64,000 nucleotides of DNA from Phoronis australis. Taxonomy: Eukaryota > Animalia > Phoronida. Position 1 is the stretch's first letter, and each line of letters starts with the position of its first letter. Made by a program: the position numbers and the translations under genes. This document shows, piece by piece, positions 19,601-30,389 of this stretch. Location of the stretch: the NCBI GenBank assembly GCA_002633005.1, contig NMRA01000420.1, positions 270,318 through 334,317 on the forward strand. Direction: 5' to 3'. The notes beneath the pieces were generated by a model that saw nothing but the letters and a program-made list of their open reading frames with translations, did no database searches and had not been told where the DNA came from.

Positions 19601-22600
19601 TAACTCTTACTATTCTTTTATCTGAAAGGGAATTCAAAGAAGAACAAGTTAGGGCTGTTCCAGTAAAATCCGTGTGGGAGGGGGGGGGACGGCAGTAGAA
19701 ATAAAAATTCATGGGTGGTTGTCTTCAGAAAAAAACACAAATTATAGGTGGTCGTTCCTGTAAGAAGTGATCCATTAAAAATGGGTGATATTTTTTGACC
19801 TGTTAATGTTGACAGGTTGGTTACTTCAGCCCTCAAAACTCAAAAAGAAATGCATATATCCTAACTTAACCCAATACAAAAAAGCCCATATTGCCAGTGA
19901 ACAGAGTGCAATATGTTCACTAAGCCATTAATCAAGTCATGGGCAACTTGATTTGAGCCAACTGTTTGTCTGCAGTCCTATTTAATTGAAAAGTTATGCA
20001 ACACTAAACTGGTGTTAACACATATAAGAAAATTGATGATTTTTAAATAAAAAGTATGAGGAGTAAGATGAAAAAAATAAAAAGTTCCCATATTCACTTG
20101 ACATAGAAGTATAAAAGAGTTCGTGGAGACAGTTCATAGATCCTTATAAATGAAAAAATGTTCATTGAAATTATAGACACATGGTGAACAGAGACACCGG
20201 TGGCTGCCAAAAGTATTGCTCACTGCCTACTTTAGTTTTTGACAATATTGGACAAGACAACTAGTTCTTGTCTGTCAATCATCTAAGTTCTTAACAGGTC
20301 CTCCTGGAGGCAATTTGTTTGCAAGTGTTGGATTTTATATTTTAACCCATTAAAAATAATTAAAAAATTATGGGTCATGGGTTGGAGAAATAAATGAAAA
20401 ATATGGGCGGTGGGTAAGAAATAAAAAAGTGCCTTCCCCCCCTCCCATACAGATTTTGCTGGAACAGCCCTTACTATAATCATGATGGTAAACTGATCAA
20501 ATTGCCAAACAATAACAAACTGCAAAACTTGGCGTTTTAGAAATTCCTGTTTAAGACCACACGGAACATATATGAACAACAGGGTGTTTAATAACGAGAA
20601 AAAATCAAGACACAAAACTTTTAAGAAAATTAAAAATAAGTATCATTAAAAGTTACTCATTTTAAAAACATGAAAAACAACCAACATAAACTAGCTTCCT
20701 TAATCAGAGACCTCCGAAATCCATCAAGTTATTCTGGTGGAAGTTTTTCCATTGAATGAAGGGCAGGCCATGAGACACGGGCAGGCCATGAGACATGGGT
20801 AGGCTATGAGACACAGGCAGGGCATGAGACACGGGCAGGCCATGAGACACGCGCAGGCAATAAGACACGGGCAGGCCATGAAACATGCTCAACAATCAAA
20901 TACAATCAGGCTAGTTGGTACAAGAGAAACAGGTCTATTGTTTGTACTGAGTGCACACAGACTTACAGGTAGGACCAGCAGCACTGCCGTGGGAGACAGC
21001 CTTAAGTCTAGAAGTGACAACTCCATGTCGGTGTCAGTGAATGTCCGATTGGGAAAGGTTGTTTTTAAAACAAAACTATTCCCAAGAGTACCAGAGACAT
21101 GCTGAAAAACAAGATGTTTCCTGTGAAGGGGTGTTAGTGCGTTTACAAAAACAATTGTTCAAGCCATCACAGCCATCACCATAATTATCACAAAGTACAC
21201 TGGAACCAATATTTATGGAAGATTTGGGGCTTATACCTTCATCCTTCACCAAAAGTATGCCCAGCACAACTGCATTACGACACGTGAAACAGTGTAATTA
21301 TTACAAAACGATGTCCAAAAATCATTGAAAATTGCCCGTTCTGTGTTTGAATAGCAATATGCCAGTGACAACAGAACATTCAGTGCCGGTAAAAAATAAC
21401 AAAAGTATAACAACTAACAACTTGAACAACTAAAACTGTTCACTGAATTATGTATCACTGACTGGACAAACTACTAGTCTATTGAGCGTCCACTCTTTTG
21501 GACATGACCACAGGATTCCTCAAACTGATTATTACCTGACCAATAAAGTTCCTAGCACTTTTCAAAGGGTCTGATGATGGGAACTGTTGTGTGACGGACG
21601 AGCCATCGGGAAGTCGAAACTGTAGACGTGCTGTTAGACTACAAAGTAAAATGTTCTAAAGCTGGACACTTGTCAGAACCACAACTCAGAAAATTTGTCC
21701 ACAAATAACGGGTTTCAGTGCACGCCATTTTCCAAATCAAAATTTTGGGACACAATGCAGCATAATTAGCTTAATACGAAGACTGTTGTTGTCACTGTAC
21801 TTAAACTGAGACATGATGAAAAATGCTGGCAGAAATGTATTATGAGGGGAAGATTTTCGGGCCAGTCAATCACGACGACACATTATGTAACAAAGGACTC
21901 CTTCCAAAACTCGGTTGGCAAAGATAATCATTCCCTAGTTTTAATGTTCTTGTATTTGCAAGAATGTACGCCAAAAGTAATCCAACAAAATATTGTTTCA
22001 TCATCAGGGCATGTAATTGTAGGTCCTCTGACGGTGAATTCTATTGGCACTCAGCCATCATGGCAGGGAATTCTGGCTCATTTTTTAAGATCATTTTGAC
22101 GTGTATTGTTCTTGTCAAACAAGAAAGCATAAAAACTAGTTTATCGAGTCAAAACTCAAAACTGTTCGCATACTGCAGAAATTTTACAATTTGAATACAA
22201 AACTAAGAATAAGCCCACCTCCTGGTGGCAGCATTCTGAGCTTCTTCCTCTGCCTTCTTCTCTTCCCTCGCTAATCTAGCTTGACTTGCCGCCATCTCCC
22301 GAGCCTCCTTTTCCTTATGAAACCTTGCAGCTCTCTCCTCCCTGTCCAAGAAAAGAAAATATTTCTTTTTCAGTGAGGCATGGAATAAACTGCTTGCAAG
22401 AAAATAATGACACAACACAACAGTGAGTTGAAGGACCAGCAGTATGCTTTTCAAATAATAGGGCCATCCTGGATTACACAGCGACGCTCAAATCTTGTTG
22501 TTTTTACCCACAATGCCGTAAACATCCGTCAGGCACATTTGCTGCCTTGTTTTCATGCCACTGGAGTTTCACATATTTGTTGTTGTCCGATTCTTTACAA

Positions 22601-25600
22601 ATTTTTCTCGGTTCCATTACTCTATTCGTCCTTCCAATGCCACCGAAGTATCACTGTTGTGATGTGAGAATGTTTGAAGAACTGGACAAATACCCATGGA
22701 TGCGTGACCTGAAATTCTCACCTTCCCGACATCAACAAGAGACACGAAAATGTGCCTGATTTCCAAAACGAGGTCACACGCTTTCTACTCTCCGAGACAA
22801 AGGAGAATTCTATCGCCATGTATGCAGTGACGGCCCTATTAAGTTTCAGTATTAAATGAAAACACGAAGCGATTATTTTCAAAGTTGTTAAGTTGTGATG
22901 CTGCCGCCTATTTCAAGGTGTCTCATTGAATTACCAACAAGACAATTAGTACATCTGTCAATCATATGCTGACAACCAGAAGTGGAGGCAGTTTGTCTCA
23001 GTGAAGTAGTGTCCCCAATTTTAATCCTTGTAAAAGCTACTGAAGATGACTAATTTGACCCTTTTTTGGTCTTCACTGGTGCCTGTTAAAGAGTGCCAGC
23101 AATAGTCACGTACATCGGTCCCATATTTTGAGAACCATTTTTATGCCTGTTATTCTGTGGAGATAACTGGTTCCCAAAATGCGAGACCCCTGTATGACAA
23201 CTCATCCCTTGGCTTCATACGTGACCCACTTGTTTCTTAGAATTCACCAAGTAAATTTTCATGAATGACAAGTAATCCATTACATGTCCATCTGACCACA
23301 CCGACTCACTTGTCCTTTGCAATCTGAGCTTTCACCTTTTCTCTTGCCAACCGCTCCATCTCTTTCTCCTTCCTCCGTTCCTCTTTTAGCTCCCTCTGTT
23401 GGTATTCCTCTCGCCACTGCTTTGCTTTTAGCATATCTTTCCCCAACCCTCGTCTTTCAATTTCCTTCTGACGCTCTTTCTGTAACATTCAATCCAGAAA
23501 GTTTACAGTATTCAAATACTGTCTCGGTGTATATTCAAAGATTCATGAAAATTTTAAACTGTATAATTCTATATTTAACTGCAGATCAGACAAATCTGGT
23601 CAGACCAGTGTATATGTGTGACATAGGTTTTTTGTTTACCTGAACAGATAGTCAGCAAGGGTTAAATTTCACCACACTTAGTTCATATTCACCACACTGA
23701 GTTCATATTCACCACTGAAACCAGTTCATATTCACCACACTGAGTTTGTATTCACCACACCAAATCATATTCACCACACTGAGTTCATACTTGGTTGAGA
23801 ACATCATCACAAAAGGACTTGAAAATGTACGACTTCAAAGAAATGTGTGAAAAAGACTTAGTTACAAGAGTTGGAAGACCTTTACAAGACAGTCATCAAT
23901 TTTGTGCTTGATATTCACACATGTAATGTGCCAATGCTACAAAGAACTGATCTCGATATAAGCAATAACTGCTTTACAACGAATAACTTATTACCTCTTT
24001 TTCAGCAGCCTCTTTTTCTTGACGTTTTTGTTCAATCAGCTGTTTGGCTCTGAAGATGATAAATGAGAAAACAAGTCACACACACTTCTGAATCACTCAA
24101 ATTTAACCTTCAAAATTGATTCAACACTACTAAAATAGAGTTTTCCAGTCTATATAATATTGCAGATACAGTTTCTTGAAGCATAAACTAGCTAACAGGA
24201 AGATGGTGTTGCTGAAACATTTTAGCTCAAACTAGTCAAGAAATGGTTCAATTATTTAACAGAACCTGTCGACTTTGTCCTCTAGACTGGTTGCTCTAAC
24301 CACAATGGGATCAGACTGTGATTGTTCAGGTGGACTGGGGGCGCTACTGTCTCCTGCAGTCTGTGGTGTGGTGGTGGCGCCACCGTCTGTTGAGTTGCCT
24401 GATGGTGTGGTAGCAGTGCTTGTTGGTTGAGCCTGCGCTTCTCCCAGGAGACTTGGAGTATTTTGTGATGCGGACACGGCATTCAATTGATCAGCATGGA
24501 GCTACAAATTAATGCATAGACACTAGATAGATATACGGGTCCAAATAATAATGATGAATATCACGATGTTCAAACAAAGCGATTTTAATTCATCAAAGAT
24601 GGCTTTGTAATCACTACATTCAGCTAGATAAAAAGCTTCACCAACGCATGATAGTGAATTTGAAGTCTCATCTGTTTTGTACAAATGAAAAGAACTTGAC
24701 AAATGGAGATGGCATTTCAATAAAAAATGACCAGGGGCAACGATAACACGGACACATAACCCGTCTCACTTTCTTGATGACCAGGGGCACAGTTAACAAA
24801 GATATCTAACTAGGGACACAGTTAACAAAGATATCTAACCAGGGGCACAGTTAACAAAGATATCTAACCAGGGACAGAGTTAACAAAGATATCTAACCAG
24901 GGGCACAGTTAACAAAGATATCTAACCAGGGGCACAGTTAACAACGATATCTAACTAGGGACACAGTTAACAAAGATATCTAACCAGGGGCACAGTTAAC
25001 AAAGATATCTAACCAGGGGGACAGTTAACAAAGATATCTAACCAGGGGCACAGTTAACAAAGATATCTAACCAGGGGCACAGTTAACAAAGATATCTAAC
25101 CAGGGGCACAGTTAACAAAGATATCTAACTAGGGACACAGTTAACAAAGATATCTAACCAGGGGCACAGTTAGCAAAGATATCTAACCAGGGACACAGAT
25201 AACAGATATCTAACCTGTCTCACTTTCTTGATCTTCTCTATAAACTCCTGGGGTTGGAAGCTCCCTCCAGCTACTTCCAACGGGACGCCATTTTCTCCAA
25301 TAAAGTAGGTCGATGGCACGATCACCACAGGGTCTGATGTCAGTTAAGTTAACCTACACTCATTCTGGACACCGTGAACTTTACAACAGGAGGGGCACTA
25401 CTGGGTATTAAGAACTTTTAAAATTGTGGTTCAAAACCCATACATTACGGACAACACGTAAAACCCACAGAGGTCAGTAAAGACCAGCATGTGGTTTCTA
25501 ATGAAAAGAGTCAGTTACAGAAGAATCCAACAAACTGTTTCACAGTTCTGTTGCCTCATTAGAACGTGCTGTATTTAAGTCCAACAAACTTCCCCTTGAA

Positions 25601-28600
25601 TCATTTCCATTGGACTGTTTACTAACAGTGCCATCAATCTACATTCAAATTCACATCTGTTACATTTAACTGAAATTCTTAGGATCTTAGAGGTATTAGA
25701 TAAATAGTAAAACGGGTTCTTTAAGACTGTGTATCCCAGCATGGAAATAAAACAAATAATAACAATAGACCACCTTCCCCACATGACTTAAACAAATGTT
25801 TAGGGTCATGTGCCAATATATCAAGCTTCAAATATATCAAGGATTAGACACGTATGCTTAAATGTGAAACATATGTCACAGTAAAATTCAGAAGCAAATG
25901 TTGAGGGTGAAACTTAACACAATCGTGATCAGTGTTTTCCCTGGGTTTCCAAAGGAGCGTGGTGGTGAATGGCCAAAACGGGATGCAAACCATGTTGCCG
26001 CACGCAAATATGGGAAGTGGGATCCCCCTATTGCCTGGGTTTCAAAAGGAGCGTGATGGTGAATGGTGGGAGCGGACACGGCGCTGCATGTAAGCATGGG
26101 AAGTGAGATCCTCCCATGGGGGGGGGGGGCATTGGATGCCCTTCCTCAGTCAAAATCTGAAAAACTAGATGTAATTGGGTACAAGTTTACTCACCATAAA
26201 CAAGACCTTAACCCGAGCATCATGTAGTGGAAGTATCTGGGTAAAGGACACTTCGCAAGAGAAACTGACAATGAAGTATCATAGTGTGATCTCAGTGTGA
26301 AGAGTTCCAAAAAAACTTGTGTTAGGAACTGGACACAGCCAGACACAGATTCACAGTACTCCATAGAAATTATGGCGCATCTTCAGGAATATTTTCCTTG
26401 GTCGAAAAAGAACAGATTACGATATTAAATACTCATTTCTTTGCCCGTTTCATGCAACTTCACAAAATAACAAAACCCTAATTTCAACTAGTAAAGCTTA
26501 GTAAATATCACTGAGGTGATAGAATAAGCAAATTTAAACACAGCAGAGCATGGCATAGGCAACTTACAACTCAGGCGATGAGCTGCATTTTAAACATCAT
26601 GAAGCCACAAAATGGACACAGTTGTAGACGCAAGTGAGTACAGCATCACCTGCCACCTGGCTACTACCATTGTCAAATAATTTGATTGGTTGACAAGAGA
26701 GAAAATACCCCCTTCATAACCCGGCAGATACGAGGTATGAAATTAGATTAAATGATTGTGTTTGAGGGGGGCACAATTCAAGATACCATTATAAAATTAT
26801 TTTTCTCATTTGATCCACAAACGGCAAAAGGTGTCGTGTGACTTGTGCTTATTCATTATTACTACTGATCATTTTTACTAGCGATCACTTTTACTAGCGA
26901 TCAATTTTACTAGCAATCACTTTTACTAGCGATCACTTTTACTAGCGATCACTTTTACTAGCGATCACTTTTACTAGCGATCACTTTTACTAGAGATCAT
27001 TTTTACTAGTGATTTTTGCGTGCTGGTAAAGTTTTCCCTGTCATGAATAAGTGTGTGGCGGTCAATTTGGGTATGATTTATGAGTGGCGGGGCCAAAAAG
27101 GAGTGCGGCAGGCCGCCCGGATGTTTACACGCAGGGGAAACCCTGGTGATTATAAAATGGTATACGCTGACAATTGTTAATTCAACACAAACAAATCTAC
27201 TAAGAATGGTTAAACTCACACAGAATATACAGCTTGCTGCACCTACACATGGTTACAAGTGCATGCATCTATTTGTCAATTTGTGAAAAACTTGAGCCAA
27301 AACATGCATTATTTTGCATACTAGTAGGCGCAAAAGCCTAAATATGCGCATGTACCATACACCAAATGAAGCAGGTTCAACAGTCATAACAAGACTATGA
27401 ATTGAAAGAGAGGATACAGATAGCTGAGAACTGTGAACATTCAGTGCTCTTTGCATCTAGTCGTATGGCCACAAGATGGCACTGGTGGCACAGTGAAGAG
27501 ACTGCAGTGTCGGACCATGTTGTCTCCATCTGCTTAGACAGGTCATCCTGGCCTGAAACACAAACAACAGTAGAATGATCAGGTACGTGACCGGTCACCT
27601 GACCTGAAAAACACACACAACAGTAATCAGATATGTGAAAGGTTCCCTGGCCTAAAGCACACACAACAGTAGAATGAGCAGATATGTGACAGGCCGACAG
27701 GTCACTTGATGATGACACTAAAAGTAAGCGAAGACAAATCGGATACAGAATTAATAACAAAAAAATAACTCTATTTAAATTGAACAGCGGTGCTAAGAAA
27801 TAAAATATTCCTTTACTCTGCTGCCAAGTTTGTAGACTTTGCAGGATACTCTGGGGTAAAACAGTGCATGCTTTCTCGTCCATGTGTGTGCAAATCTTAT
27901 TAGTGTAAGATTTTCCAAATGCTGAGCTGTATCAAACCATAAAACCACTAGGGGCGCTACTTACATACAATAATGGCTTACCCTTGAGATTCTAGCAATT
28001 CCCAAGGTTTTTAATCGCATGTTACCAACTAATCAGTGAAACTTTACCTTTAGAACATTAGGAGCACTATATACAATGAAAGACAGAGTAGTCAAACCAT
28101 GAGACCTCCAGGGGTGGGACTTACATTCCCATAATCCATGATAAGGTGGCGCTTGTCAGATCAGAGATTAAAGACAACAGATTTGCAACTCGGATATTTT
28201 CTAGTGTAATATCCTAGAGAAGGCACCACCCCCTAAACATAGCAAACTCAGTTTCCGTTTAGTGTATTGTGAAGGGAAATTCTTGAATCTGTTTCACTGC
28301 CAAGTAATAATTTTAGCATTGAAATGCTGTTCAAAGTCTTCCAACAGTAGAACTCTTGGTATCGCGAATACTTTTTGCAGTACTACTGGTCATGCACCCG
28401 GCCACACAACAGCCGAATACGATTAGCAGGCAACGTACTTGCTGGAAATAAAACCAACTATGTCTGCCGGGTTTCACTATATAGTGAATAGTGCCATCAC
28501 AGTTTATGCGTAAGACCACAGATTTCGTCCTTTGAAAATATATGGAGATGGCTAGTCCATAACTATAGCCTAAGGTCAGATTGATGTTGTGGGCCTCTAA

Positions 28601-29977
28601 TCTGAGATTGTATTCACACTAACCTTGTTTATCTGAAGGGTAGAAGAATAGCCAGTTATTCTGCCAAAGTTGCCAATTTAACGATTCACTCATGATTTAG
28701 CCTAGCCAGCCAGCTAGCTGTATGAAGACTGTCGTCAAAATACAGCTAGGTACCACTGTGTGTATTTCTTCCGTAGACCCCGAAATTGCACACAGCCTGG
28801 GTAGTTCTGCTCGTCACCGCGCCGTGAAACTTGTATCAATATGTAAAGCTAAAGACCGGTCGGGGTGCATGCAAAATCTGGGAATCAACCGACACTCACC
28901 TTGCCCGTTACAACCGTTTAAGTGAAAAACAATGCAATAAAAGTCATTTTCTTGCGTAACTCTCCGCCTTTTCTAATAATGAAAGGTATGTCGTTGTTTT
29001 GAAAACAATACGCTCGTGTCACGTGCACGCGCCATTCCCTAAATTTTTTGCGACATCTCTCGGCAGATGATGATAGCTTGGCAGCAGCAAATTTCTTCTG
29101 AAATTCGGTTTTTCGGTATCAAAAGTCTAAAAACTTATGAAGTTAAACCAGTTCCGATAATTTGTTGCGACGTGTACGCAACCTCGCGAAAGAAGAACAG
29201 TTGATTGAAGAATCGGCGAAAAAATAAACTGGCCAATAGGTGACGCAATATTTCATGGCGCCGAAAGCCGTCGCTAAAGATCGCTCCACAACTTTAGCAG
29301 CAGAATAACGCTAGAACGCCATTTTTTCCAACACCATTAAATAATTTAGTTTACTCAAGGAAGATTGTAGTTTTTAATGACTCCAATTTTGTGTCAGATT
29401 TTATCTTACCACTTTTTTACCCACACAGGTGCAAAGCTGTATATTTACGTATACAGCTTTGTACCAAGGCTAGATTTAGCTCAATTCCTGGGGGCTCAGA
29501 TCGCGTGGTTCCTCTCTGCCTGTATTGCCTTAGCTATGTTTCAACTGGCACTGGTCAGATAAAGCTGTCCCTGATTTTGAAAACCCGTTACAGGCCCGTT
29601 GGCGTTAATGCGTTACTTCAGCTATTGACTGGTTCTCAAAATCAGCGACCGCTACATCCGACAAGTGCCGTTTCAACCTCCAGGCTCCAGTGATACACAA
29701 CAGACTGCATTCCCTCAACCACTGACAGTGACACAGACAGTCACCGTAGTGTAGGAGACTGGTTCAGTGGTTGGGAGTCGCTCACTGTAGGACTCGTAGG
29801 AGACTGGTTGGGAGTCGGTCACTCAGTCACTGAACAAATTCAGCTGACTGTGCAGTGAATCAGATCAAAACGAAATCGAAGAATTAAAAACATACCAAAT
29901 ATATAAACAACAAAGAGACATTTGTTGGACTTGGCTTGCTGGATTGCTGCAGAGACTGAACCACCAAACCATTCCAT
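16620..29977 (-). CDS. UBXN4: UBX domain-containing protein 4 (erasin), ERAD p97 adaptor; 11 exons, about 493 aa
   Basis: Exons (minus strand) 29977-29896, 27552-27418, 25333-25215, 24501-24266, 24049-23995, 23479-23310, 22341-22219, 21638-21536, 21101-20967, 19514-19324, 16752-16620, totalling 1482 nt in frame. It starts MEWFGGSVSAAIQQAKSNKCLFVVYIFG and contains FSAIYPVVIVPSTYFIGENGVPLEV, a charged coiled coil, the UBX domain ARLQFRLPDGSSVTQQF and the hydrophobic hairpin LLAPLLMLWNFLCTFLFG. It ends with the signature DDENATWNGNSTQQM*. Confidence 0.95.
17328..17706. repeat. Tandem repeat, 126 bp x3, in the last UBXN4 intron
   Basis: GTCACTTGAGTGGTT recurs at 17331, 17457 and 17583. This explains the repetitive 132-aa ORF. 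Confidence 0.92.
19652..20470. mobile_element. MITE, PIF/Harbinger (Tourist)-like, 819 bp
   Basis: TIRs of about 35 bp, GGGCTGTTCCAGTAAAATCCGTGTGGGAGGGGG / CCCCCTCCCATACAGATTTTGCTGGAACAGCCC, with TTA on both flanks (TWA TSD). Confidence 0.85.
20761..20886. repeat. Minisatellite, 18 bp x7
   Basis: GGGCAGGCCATGAGACAC units. Confidence 0.9.
22477..22820 (+). repeat. Interspersed repeat copy (family of 2620-3250)
   Basis: Colinear similarity to 2620-3250, lacking the 34-bp expansion. Confidence 0.7.
23667..23789. repeat. Minisatellite, about 20 bp x6
   Basis: ATATTCACCACACTGAGTTC-like units. Confidence 0.8.
24779..25214. repeat. Minisatellite, 29 bp x about 15, abutting the UBXN4 exon 3 donor
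   Basis: AACCAGGGGCACAGTTAACAAAGATATCT units with no spacers. Confidence 0.95.
25334..27417 (-). other. U12-type (minor spliceosome) GT-AG intron in UBXN4
   Basis: On the minus strand the donor is |GTATCCTCT. The 3' end is ...GTTAACTTAACTGACATCAG|, with a CTTAAC branch-like motif about 9 nt from the junction and no polypyrimidine tract. Splicing restores the Tyr codon (T|AC) in FSAIYPVV. Confidence 0.8.
26873..27010. repeat. Minisatellite, 16 bp x about 8
   Basis: GCGATCACTTTTACTA units. Confidence 0.9.
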
Positions 29978-30389
29978 ACTGTGTTGGACTCTTTATTTAC
30001 AATTATTTTGCTAAGTAAAGTACCACAAAACTGATCACCACAAGTCGATTACGTGTGCGAGACTGTACGAGAATCACTACCTTATCTAACTCCAAAACAA
30101 AAAGATTAAATGCAAGGGAAAGTGGGGAAAGATACTCCGATCTAGATAGTTAACTGACGACGACTGGGAAAATCAGACACCCCAAGTGATTGAAATATCG
30201 GCGCATACGTCTAAGCTAAGCTTATAAGTGATAAGTGCAAGCTGATACCCATTATGCGCATAAAGGTTGACCCAAACAAGCGACTACAATCATATTAGCT
30301 CCACGGCGGCCGTATACGAACTGAGGCCTACGTCATTGGTGTCAATGTTTAGTCCCGCACTGACCAACACGCGCCAAGTTTATTATAGA

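Noticed and set aside
24779-25214. CRISPR-like appearance of the 29-bp array (also the 34-bp array at 2863 and the 31-bp array at 48524)
   Set aside because: The units are head-to-tail with no unique spacers, there are no cas genes, and the context is a eukaryotic intron.
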